A stretch of DNA of 64,000 nucleotides from Haliotis rufescens. Lineage: Eukaryota. The stretch is taken from positions 26,164,001 to 26,228,000 of the forward strand of contig NW_025963868.1 of NCBI RefSeq assembly GCF_023055435.1, read 5' to 3'. The position numbers and the translations under genes are program-made. Positions 11,561 through 22,780 of this stretch are shown here, piece after piece. The notes below the pieces were generated by a model. That model ran no database searches and was not told the origin of the DNA. It saw only the letters and a program-made list of their open reading frames with translations. Position 1 is the stretch's first letter, and each line of letters opens with the position of its first letter.

Positions 11561-12584
11561 ATGGGGGTCAGTATTGATGCCTGGAGACGACGGATTGGCC
11601 GATTTACACCTCCCAAAGAACAAGGCAAGTTGAAACTATACATACGTACACGCCCCATTCTCAATGGACGCTCTATACCGAGATGGGATATAGACTACTG
11701 TTGAGTATGTCCATCTGGTCTCTTGTGTGTATATGTGACTCTGCTGCAGCAGTGTGGACCCCACAGGCTGTACCTATGTTGATACTCCCTTCAAACTTGT
11801 GTACCCCAGATGAGGTCTGTGTGTCCCCCCCCCCCCCCCCCCCCCCCCCACCCCCCACCCCCATGGGAACCAGTTTGGTTACATATCGAAAACATGAGAC
11901 ACTTGCCACTGCTAATGTATCCATACCGTTGCTTATAATCAGATCCGGCGATGTTGAGATGAATCCTGGGCCTTTGACTACAGAACTTGATAAAATGAAG
12001 AACGTAATTTTAAAACAAAAAAAATAGTCAGAAGACAAAATCTACAATAAAATAAAAGAATCAGAAAGTAAACTCTACACTGAAATCAAGTCAATGAAGG
12101 AGGACGTAAAATCTCTCAAGTCCGAACTCCGCGATTTAAGACATGAGGTATCAGATATCAATGGCCATTTAGATGTCCACAGACTTGACACTGATGCTGT
12201 TAGTTACAGATGTGATGAACTGGTCAGCACGTACAAGGATTTAGACGCAGGAGGTGAGGATCAAGAACGCAGAAGCAGACGGAACAACATGGTGATGTAT
12301 GGTGTGAGTGAGTCGCCTAATGAAACCTAATCTGAGTGTCAAAATAAAGTATTAGATATTCTTAATTAGGCTAGAGTCACAAAAGACATGGCTCCACTTG
12401 TTCCCAGGGATATCGAAATAGCCCATAGCTAGAATATCTACGAAGCGAACTGACAAAATAAGCCCCGTCATAGTTAAAATGTGTCAGTGGGAAGATAAGT
12501 GGCGATCTGTAAAACTTAGGTCAGCGCTGAAAGAACAAGGCATTGGGATCGCTAATGATCTTACACTGTTTCAGCGTAATGAGT
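11561..12584 (+). pseudogene. LINE ORF1 with N-terminal leader, 2A-like StopGo (SGDVEMNPGP) and coiled-coil/RRM (EDQERRSRRNN) region
   Basis: ORF track 11683-12027 and 12094-12330 plus upstream MGVSIDAWRRRIGRF; continues after the nested LINE at 16071. Confidence 0.75.
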
Positions 12585-15500
12585 GAGTGAGTGAGTTAAT
12601 ATTTAACGTCACATCGGCAATATTTCAGCCATATCGTGACGAGAATTCATACATTAATAACATATAAGTATATATACTTTATAAAAACCTGTCATCAAAG
12701 GACAGTACAATAACTAGAATATGACAGAGTGTAGTAAAACTAGTTGAGGAACATATAAAAGCAGAAAGAATTAACAACACAATATAAAAATGGGCTAGAG
12801 ATCGTCAGTAACTAAAGGGAGATCACCATACAAGGGACCATGGGGACTTACAGTGCCTTTGCTTCCTGCATGGATCCTGGCTGTACTTATATCATCCCTT
12901 CAGTCACTGGCGATATTTAAAAATGGATGTTTGCAAGACATATTTTTAATAGCCTGAAGGCACGATAGTGAATCTGTAAAAATAATGAATTCTTTATATT
13001 TGGATTGATTTTTAATATATTTTAGTGCTGTTAAAATTGCGTTTGCTTCAGCAGTGAAGATTGAACTATTATCTGGTATTCTTGGTGATATTGTTCTGGA
13101 TCCAATGACGGTGGATCCATCTGTAAATATAGATTTATAAGGGTTATAAGTGTTTCGTAATTGATTGTATTCTTGTTTATAAATTAGTGGATTCGTTTCA
13201 GATTTCTTCAGACTAGTTAATGTGAGTTCTACATTTGGCCTTACCATTTGCCAAGGAGGCGATGAAAAAGGTTGTGTGGGAGCTATATCCTGAAAGTTAA
13301 TGTTCGCAGCAGAAACGACTGATTTAATTCTTATTCCTAGTGGTGGAACAAGAGATGTTTTCTTATTGTAAATATCTTCGTAAAGTGGATTAAATACGCA
13401 ATTAAAAGCTGGATTTGACTGATTGGAATATAATTTAGTGATGTACTGTAAAGATAGTTTCAGACGGCGTGGTTTAAGAGAAGGCTCATCCGCTTCAACA
13501 GACAGACTTGGAATAGGAGAAGTGCGAATGGCTCCAAGGCAAAGCCTCAGTCCTTGGTGATGGATGGTATCAAGTTTTAAAAAAAATACTTTTACAGGCT
13601 CCAACATAGACGATGGAGCCGTAATCAAGTTTTGAACGGATCAGTGATCTATACAAGTGTAAGAGGGTTGTCTGATCCTCTCCCCACTTAGAATTAGAAA
13701 CTACTTTCAATAAATTGAGTGCCTTCAGACATTAAGCTTTAAGGTATTTTATATGCGGAAAGAAATTTAGATGGCTGTCAAAAATAAGGCCCAAGAACTT
13801 GGCCTCCTTTACCACTTTGATAGGGGTGCCATTCAAAAATAGTTCAGGGTCTTTATGCGTCTTATATTTTCTGCAGAAATGTATACAATTAGTTTTTGAT
13901 TTAGAAAAATTAAATCCATTTTCAAGAGACCACTTGTGAATTTTATTGAGACAGATTTGTAACTGCCTCTCTATGGTATGCATATTTTTACCACAACAAG
14001 AAATATTAAAATCATCGACAAAAAGTGATCCAACCACCGAATCACTTAAAACGTTGGACAGACTATTTATTTTAATACTAAACAAGGTGACAGATAAAAT
14101 ACTGCCTTGTGGGACACCCTGATCCTGATTATAATGGTCAGACAGGGTGGTACCCACTCGGACTTGAAATTGTCTGTCTGTTTAAAATTGTGCTATAAAA
14201 TGAGGTAAACGACCTCTCAAACCAAAATCATGTTAATGCACTCATTGGTAAACCTTCTGATTCAGTGAGGGACAGATCGAGTGCAGAGTAAGTTCCTGTG
14301 GCAGGATGTAAATAGGTGCTGGAATCGTCATTAAATAAACATAAATTATTATCAGATAGAAAATTCTCAATAACTTTCCCCTTATTGTTTGTAGTCGTAC
14401 TTCCCCATAGAGGATTGTGCCCATTTAAATCGCCCATGATGATGCACGGCTTTGGGAGCTGATCATATAAATGCTGAAGGTCAGACTGTCAAAGTGCAGA
14501 TGAAGGTGGAATATACAAAGAGCACAAAGTAAATGCAATGTGCAAGGTAAGGCGGATAGCAACAGCTTGAAGATTAGTATTTAAAGGAACAGCACTATGT
14601 ATGATGTCCTGCCTGACCAAAATAGTAGAGCCTCCAGTGGCTTTGTCACCCGGAGGAGAAAAAGAATGATGACAATTATACTGCCTCAGATCAAATGTAT
14701 CCGTATGTTTAAGATATGTCTCTTGGAGACATATAGCTGATGGCTTAAAATCTTGAACTAGTGCTTGTGTCTCATTAAAATTCTTTCGAAGTCCTCTGCA
14801 ATTCCATTGTATTAAATGTTGAGAGCAACTCATGGAGGCTCAGTTGGAGAACATGAACGGGGTGAAGGTCCCTTACGCTGTAACGACAACGATGGAGACA
14901 CTTCCATATCGAGAGGTTCAAAGGTGTTGTGAACCTCGACAGGGATTGTTGAAGGCGCCTTCAGATGTTTCAGGGTCCTTAATTCCTTTTTACGCATTTG
15001 TTTTCTCTCTTTCCTTTTTAACAGATGAGGTTCAAGCTCAGTCTCAGGCTTAGGCTGTGGTTCGGCTCAGGCTCCAGAGAGGGAGGGGTTAATTGGATAT
15101 CAGTCTGTGTTTCAGATGATGACGTTAATTCCTCTGTTGTGGAATATAACATTGTCTGTTTATCCGAGACCCAGGAAATAGCTGTCTGACAAGCATGATC
15201 AACAGTTTGCTCAGGAGAGGAGACTATGACAGAGTAAGATTTGGATCGTGAACTGTTTTGAGGTTGTTCCTTTACCAATTTTTTGGCATCAGAAAAGGAA
15301 ATATTGTTTGTGTATTTGATCTTTATAATTTTGGTTTCTCTTTCAAAGACTGGACACTGTTTGGAGGAGGACATGTGCTCACCGTTGCAGTTCGCACATC
15401 TGATGTCACCTGTGCAAATCAGAGCTGTCATGATTCTTACTGCAACGGGAGCAGACTGCAGAGCCACGACAGGACTTGGCGCCATGGCCAAACTGTTGGC

Positions 15501-16070
15501 ACTCGACAACCCTGCAGGGGTGTTATACTCCAGAAATAAAGACATGAATAGCTGTCGTTAATAAAAGGAAGAATGTCAGACTGGTTCGGCCCATGGCATT
15601 TTCCTATAAAAACACATAATTCAGCGGTCCGTATCACCAGATTGGCCCATGAGCCACCGCCTTCTGGCATAGGACTCTAGGCAAAATTTTATTTTACACA
15701 ATCAAGGTCATCATATATTTTGATCAAAACTGTAAGATAAGATACACCTGAATTATCAAGTATTCCATGCACAGGGCATGGCGTGACCAGCCGATTGATA
15801 GAATCGGGCCCATTCTACCACCCGTCTAGATGAAGTCAGGGTCAAAGTGGTGTGTTGGGCAAAAGGAACACTGTTCCTGGCTCCAGTGCCCTCGACCACC
15901 AGAATCCCTTCCTCCACCGACACAGGGGCGCAACCCACGGCAAACAGGTCGCCTTTTACGACCAGCAATGGGGTGCTGTGGAAACAGTCTGCCCCGGTTC
16001 CACACGGGGGAAGAGCTATTATTAGCGGTACCCAGCACTCACCACGAGGAGGTTGCTCTTCACGAGTGCC
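12585..16070 (-). mobile_element. I/Nimb-clade LINE (subfamily B), both ends intact, internally deleted
   Basis: 15-bp TSD TTCAGCGTAATGAGT (12570-12584/16071-16085). CCHC ORF1, APE (QWNCRG, CLQET, GDLNGH), RT (GVPQGSILS, FVDD), RNaseH (FTDGS, FTAEA, FTDSLS), (ACTC)n tail. Confidence 0.9.
16010..16070 (-). ncRNA. HDV-like ribozyme, copy B
   Basis: P1 GGCACUC/GAGUGCU (G1.U), P2 GAAGAGC/GCUCUUC, P3 ACC/GGU, L3 UCCUCGU, P1.1 CC/GG, J4/2 CUAA; G1 abuts the TSD. Confidence 0.85.
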
Positions 16071-16695
16071 TTCAGCGTAATGAGTAAAGTAGACTTAGAA
16101 CTGAAAGACCAAATTTCAGATTTTACTATAAGGGAAACAAATTAGTGCAAAAGGAGTGAGTGAGTGAGTGAGTGAGTTGGGTTTAACGCCGCTTTCAACA
16201 GTATTCCAGTTATAACACGGCGTGTCAGCTTAATGTGGGAGGAAAGCCCGAAGTGATGCAGGTCTCAGACGTTTACCACTATGGTGAAACCCACGAGCAC
16301 GGGTATGGTGCCGACAAACCTAGAACCATAATTGAGGCGAACCGGGATTCGAACCCACAATCATAGTTTTCTGGCGTGCCCAAGGGACGCAACTCTGCAC
16401 AGCGAATCGCGGCGCCTTGCAAGAGGAGAAGGAGGATGATAGAGCTGATAACTCAGCACCCAGTCAGCAGCGAGTGCCCCGGAAATCCTCCCGAGGTACC
16501 AGGAGACAACTGAGATCACACTCACAACCGGCTAGCTCCGGGAGTGGACAGACTGAATAGGGGTGTGGCCAGGGTAAAGGTGTGAATGGTGTCCAGGGTA
16601 AAGGTGTGAATGGTGTCGAGGTAAATTTTACGACATTTCACAGTGACAGTGAAAGTAACCAGGACTGTGATGACACAGCCACTGTATAGAGGTTA

Positions 16696-19600
16696 ATGGA
16701 CAATGACGTTATTCCATGCCTACATCAGTATGATATAATTGGCCTCACAGAAACTTGGGTCACTGACCTTGATTTATCAGATATATTTACTGAATATGAG
16801 TATGTGTATAAAAGTGCAGACAAATTAGCAGACCATGGAAGACTCTCTGGTGGAACTACAATTTTGATTAAAAAGAAGTTTTATAAGTATCTCATCTCTA
16901 TTAAGATAACATAAAATGCTATTTTCTTTGTATTTGACAAGTGTATGTTTGGTTTGGATCACAATTTCCTATATGCATGTGCTTACATCCATCCAGAAGG
17001 TTCCACATGGTACACTAAGATGTCAGCAGATTGTAAAAACGGAATCGATATATTTCACGAGAATCTGTATAATATTTTAACATCTGAAAATGCTTGTATA
17101 TTCTCTGTGGCGGAGACTTTAATGCCCGCACAGGAACAAAGGCTGACTTCATTGAAGATGTATTAGTTGAACAAACAGAAAAGCATTGCCAGTCGAGTTA
17201 CGACTTTATACTAGATTATTTTAAAGAAACACGCTACTCTGTGGATAAGAACATTAATGCCTTTGGTAGATCTTTACAAGATTAGTGTTCAATTTTCAAT
17301 GTACGTATCGTGAATGGGAGATGTGGATCCGACTCAGGACGTAGAGATTACACATTTATTGGATCACTCGGTGCCAGTCTTGTAGATTGTGTAATTGCAT
17401 CATCTTTTATTTTTGACTATGTAGCTGACTTCGAGATTTCATCACGTGCTGACTCTCCACATCTTCCAGTTTCTGTGACTTTACGGACGTTTCATCCTCA
17501 CCCATGTAGCAACAATAGTTCTCATAGTGAAAGCGTTTCTGATTATAGTGAGTGAGTATGGTTTTACGCCGCTTTTAGCAATATTCCAGCAATATCACGG
17601 TGGGGGACACCAGAAATGCGCTTCACACATTGTACCCATGTCGGGAATCGAACCCGGGTCTTCGGCGTGACGAGCGATCGCTTTAACCCCTAGGCTACCC
17701 GACCGCCCCTGTTTCTGGTTATAGGTTTGTTTGGGTTGTTTAGCACTGTGAAACTTTGAGAGAAATTTTCCTTACAGATGAGGTACAGACTGTGTTTAAC
17801 ATGTCACAGGAAGAAGTGTCCGTTAATATTAATAAGAGCATCGATTGTATAGTTGAGGCAATCTCAAAAGCTGCCTGTGAAATGAAAAGAAAAGTTAAAA
17901 GTTCAATTTACTCGGAATGGGTTAATAAGTGGTTCGGTAGAGAATGTGAAGAATTGAAACGACAGAGGTGTAAGTACCTAAATAGGTTTAGACAACTGAA
18001 AGACAGGGATCATTACAACTTTATAATGCAGCAAGAAATAAGTACAATGCCATTTGTAGACAAAAACGAAATAACTACTTCCCAAAACAAAGGATACTCT
18101 TAGCAAACAGTATAGATTACCCAACCCAGTTCTGGTCAATATTAAGAAAATTTAGAGGAAAATATTCCGAAGGCAATGATATCAGCACAGGTGAATGGGT
18201 TTCTCACTTTAAAACTCTTTTCGAATCAAATAGTAATGATATGGATATGGACCATGTACTTACTACAGAGTCTGACCAAATTCATGAAACCGATGATGTC
18301 GTAACTGACATTTTAGATTCAATTTCTTCTCAGGAAATAATGAATAGCATAGATAATTTGAAAAACAATAAATCGCCAGGAATTGACAAAATGCTACCGG
18401 AATTCTTCAAACACTGTGCAGATATCATAATGCCATATTTATCACTTGTTTTTAATCATAATCTACAGGGTGGAAATTTCCCCGAATCATGGACGGTTGG
18501 CATAATTGTCCCCACCCATAAACATGGTGATATTAACAATACCAATAACTACCGAGGTATTACACTTTTAAGCGTCTTTAGTAAATTGTTCATATACATT
18601 ATAAATAAAAGATTACAGAATTGGGCAGATATAATGGGGACAATTAGTGAAGCACAAGCTGGTTTGCGGCAGGGATATTCTGCCATCGATGATATTTTTA
18701 TACTACAGAGTCTAATAGAGAAATGTCTTAGTAAAAGAGGTGGAAACTTTTATGCTCTTTTCGTTGATTTTTCAAAGGCGTTTGACAGAGTAGATAGAAC
18801 AAAACTATGGACACTGTTAGAATCGCACGGAATTAGCTTGAAAATGAGTAATCTTTTGAGAAGTACATACACCAATGTCAAAGCCTGCTCGAGAAATAAT
18901 AACGAACTGTCAGAAAGTTTTATTATTGCTTTAGGTTTAAGACAAGGCTGTATAATGAGTCCGTTTCTATTTTCTTTTTTCATTAATGAATTAGCTACTC
19001 AAATACAAGAAAATTGCTCCCATGGTATACCGTTACATCCAGATCTTACGGAATTATTTCTGTTGCTGTTCGAAGATGATGTCATACATTTCTCCACGAC
19101 AGTGATCGGTTTGCAAAATGAAATTAATGTACTTGAAAAATTCTGTGAAGAATCAAAGTTAGTTTTAAATAGAGAAAAAACAAAAGTTATAGTCTTTAAA
19201 AATGGGGAAAAACTAGCATCAACTGAAAAATGGTTTCACAATGTACAGTCAAGTCTCGTTAATCCGACATCGTTGGTTGCACATGATTGTGTCGGATTAA
19301 CGAGTATGTCGGATTAACGAAATTAGGTGATTTGTGATCGAAAATCGGACGTCTTCACGATAGATAATAACCGTGTGTACCTTGTAATAAAATCATTAAA
19401 AACGAAATATTAATATTGTTATGTTGTTTATTCATTCATTCCTTAATTTATAATTAATGACTATGCAAAATTAATAATAATTTTCCCATTTATACATAAC
19501 AATAGAGACATTACTCACTGAATTTATCACATGATCAACGACACACGTTTCCTCGTGTAAAGGCAAGTGCTACTGTCTTAACAACTTGCTTCATCTACTT

Positions 19601-20690
19601 AAAATAGTCTGTCAGTGCGTGTCAAAACACGGGGTTGTGTACTCGCGGTCAGATGACCACGGAGTACGCTGACCACTGTGTCGGATTAACGAGACCGATT
19701 AATGAGTGATTTCGGTAATTCGTTGCAAATTAGGTGTGTCGGAGTCGGAGTGCGAGAATGTCGGATTAACGGGACTAAATAGCACTGAATCAATCGGTTC
19801 CCATCATTTGTGTCGGATAAAGCCGAGTGTCGGATTAACGAGTGTCGGATTAACGAGACTTGACTGTACGTCAATAAAGCTGCTATTCAAAGCTAAAAAG
19901 GGTTGGACTGGTATATTTAGACAGTCTCCATTTCTACGAGACATCTCATTTAGATCATATTTTAAAATGTTTGATACAAAGATAATTCCAATACTATACT
20001 ATGGTGATGAAATCTGGGGTATAAAATTCATGATCAAAATGAAAAAGTACATCTGTTTGTTTGCAAGAAATATTTAGGAGTTAAAATAGTACGTCCAAGC
20101 ATAATGGTATATGGTGAAACGGGACGATATCCGCAGAATATTCAATCCTACTTAAAAGTTATTAAATACTTGCTTCGCTTGATAAACATGACTAATGATA
20201 GAAACCCTAGGAAATGCTATGATATGTTCAAACTCTACGACAGTACTGGAAGACGAAATTGGGTAACAAACGTAAAATAATTATTATTTATTACGGGTTT
20301 TAATTATGTGTGGTATAATCAGTGTGTAGAATCAGAACCGCTCTTTTTAATGTCCTTCACCAAGAAACTAAAATATATCTATTTGCAGTAATGGTTAGAA
20401 TTATTGTCCAAATCAAATAAATTTTTCTATTATAGAATCATGAAAAGTAATATTGAAATTGAGGCGTACCTCTGTAAACTTGAGTTTAAAAAAAATAGAA
20501 TTGCACTAGCACGATTTAGATATTCCTCTCACAACCTGTATATAGAGACTGGTAGCTATTATCACACTGATAGAAGAGACAGAATATGAATATGCTCATT
20601 CACTTTCTCCGGGTAAGTCAAGCTTACAAACATTTACGTGATAAATATTTGTCATCTTTCTATTCTGTACACCCGAATGTCCATAAGTTT
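16696..20690 (+). pseudogene. LINE ORF2 (APE endonuclease + RT + C-terminal domain), disrupted
   Basis: Multiple collinear ORF fragments, the largest at 18241-19317. Confidence 0.85.
19246..19866. mobile_element. Tc1/mariner-pogo-type MITE
   Basis: Perfect 24-bp TIR CAGTCAAGTCTCGTTAATCCGACA, TA target duplication, subterminal TGTCGGATTAACG repeats. Confidence 0.9.
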
Positions 20691-20702
20691 GTAGATCTTT
20701 TA

Positions 20703-20978
20703 GTGAGTGAGTTGGGTTTAACGCCGCTTTTAACAGTATTCCAGTCATATCACGGCGTGTCAGCTTAATGTGGGAGGAAAGCCCGAAGTGATGCAGGTCT
20801 CAGACGTTTACCACTTCGGTGAAACGCACGAGCACGGGTATGGTGCTGACAAACCTAGAAACATAATCGGGGCGAACCGGGATTCGAACCCACAGTCATA
20901 GTTTTCTGGCGTGCCCAAGGGACGCAACTCTGTAGAGCGAATCGCGGCGCCTAAGACGACTGGGCCACCCGTGCCCCC
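20703..20978 (-). mobile_element. tRNA-derived SINE family 1, full length
   Basis: 13-bp TSD TGTAGATCTTTTA; A/B boxes; (ACTC)n tail. Confidence 0.9.
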
Positions 20979-22126
20979 TGTAGATCTTTTAACTTCATCT
21001 AATGATACTATGTTATGTCAACAAATGGTTATCACGCTATGTCACATAGAAACAGAATTGTTAGTTAACAACCACGTCACCTACATGTAAATACGCATTG
21101 TACTTATTGTCCTGTGGCCTTTTAAGTATTGAATAAAACTGATTGACTTCACACTTTAAATAGCCGAAAGTGGCTCAAGGGTTTGACCGTGGTAAACGGG
21201 ACCTAACGTTTTACAAGTCTCCGGCAGGGCGTGACGGACACGAAACATTAGACTAAAACTCTGTCCTATTCCTTTCAGACAAGCCTTTTCCAGTGAGACT
21301 AACTGATGCACGAGATACTAACACTGGTATTTTCGACTGCCTTTTCAGAACCCCATCGTATGGCAGGAGTAGTGTTGTGTGGCATCAAACATCAAACACA
21401 TACATTCCAATTAAAATGTTAGGACAATATACTCTCAGATAGCAGGTTGCATTTAAACCCTGATGGAACTCCGAAAAATATGAAAGATACTACAAGACGA
21501 CGCGTGTGTTCATTTTTATTGTACTGATTTCAACTATTGACAAGGCCACTTACAAACACATCCTTTATAGGTTTCAATGTAATGTACTGCGAACAGACAC
21601 GCCTTCAGGCATAGTAAACACATTTTGAGGAAACATTTTGGACGTTATTCTCATGATGAGTGGTTCAAAGATAGGTATGTTGTCAAATGAGAAACATGTC
21701 ATTAAACCAGTTTCACTCATTTTTAAACTGGAATCATTTCCTGAAAGAACTTTTTTCATGCCATTGCAAGCAGTTATATAGCCTTGTTGACATCAAGTGT
21801 CTAAGTGTTACTAGCCCACATCGACCATACAATTTGCACCGATACTCATGAACTCGTGACACGACAGTCCCTCTGGATCACGCCGACTGAAAATACTGGT
21901 CAGATTCTGTGATTTGACTTAAAGCGTGTCATCGTACATGGTACCCTTCTTGAACAAATCAAACATCCTTTTAAAAAACAAACTCAGATTTAAATATTCA
22001 ATGATTTATTGGTATTATGTGACTATGAGTATGACATATTGTTAAAAGTCATGAACATATATTATGCATACAATTTCAGTTAATGTGTATTTTTGACACT
22101 GAAAGTTCCTCAATAGAAATATCACT

Positions 22127-22780
22127 TTAACGTCGTCTATTCCTTGAAAAGAAATTTCTGATTGATTGCAACTTTTTAGAAAGACGTGAGTGGGTCATTT
22201 TTTCATCAGTCACAGAAACATGTTTATGATGTCGCTTCATAATCTGTTCCAGTACCTGTATGACACTAAGGTCCTTCTCAGCCGAGATCTCCACGTGTCC
22301 ATGTTCCCATTCACAGTTAATGTTCAGATCTCGGGCCATTCTCTCGGTCTTATCTACAGAGCCAGCGATGTCTGTCTTGTTGGCCACAAACACTATAGGG
22401 ACTGAAGGTCCCTCTTGCTGGAGGATCTGGTCCCTGGCTGCTACCACAGACTCAAAGGAGTCATCACACACCAGCGAGTACACCAACACGTATACATCAA
22501 AGGAGGGGAGTCCTTGTGGGGAAGTGCAGCTCTTCGTTGTGGATGTGTCCACAATATCGACTGTCAGACTTCGCCCTTTGATTCCAAGATCAGCTCGAGC
22601 GTTACCACGTTTCTTACTTTTCTTGTGGGATTTGCTGCTCCGTTCTGTCCAGTGTTTGATGAGTCTGCAGATTAAGGTTAACTTTCCTACACTGCTATCT
22701 CCAATAACAGCAAGGTTGAAGCTATCTTCCTCTTCTAAAATACTGCTGGCCTCGGAGTGGAGAGTAAATCTGCGACTCAT
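22127..22780 (-). CDS. Atypical Ras-family GTPase copy 2, 217 aa
   Basis: G1 GDSSVGKLT, NKTD, ISAE; TAA after RNRRR. Confidence 0.8.
   Translation of the reverse strand: MSRRFTLHSEASSILEEEDSFNLAVIGDSSVGKLTLICRLIKHWTERSSKSHKKSKKRGNARADLGIKGRSLTVDIVDTSTTKSCTSPQGLPSFDVYVLVYSLVCDDSFESVVAARDQILQQEGPSVPIVFVANKTDIAGSVDKTERMARDLNINCEWEHGHVEISAEKDLSVIQVLEQIMKRHHKHVSVTDEKMTHSRLSKKLQSIRNFFSRNRRR

Larger units (their letters stand above)
11457..21143 (+). mobile_element. Near full-length RTEX/CR1-group APE-type LINE with 2A-containing ORF1, carrying a nested LINE, SINEs and a MITE
   Basis: TGACTT duplicated at both ends; empty site CCATGTGACTTCCCACTTC at 26951, 30854, 32333, 34367. APE (IGLTETW, GDFNART, SPHLPV), RT (SPGID, YRGITLLS, FVDFSKAFD, GLRQGC..SPFLF, FEDD), VYGETGRYP, LYIETG.Y. 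Confidence 0.8.

Noticed and set aside
20870-20978. tRNA-Leu-like and other tRNA-like sequences as tRNA genes
   Set aside because: They are SINE heads, fused to constant bodies, LINE-type tails and TSDs, with no clean cloverleaf.
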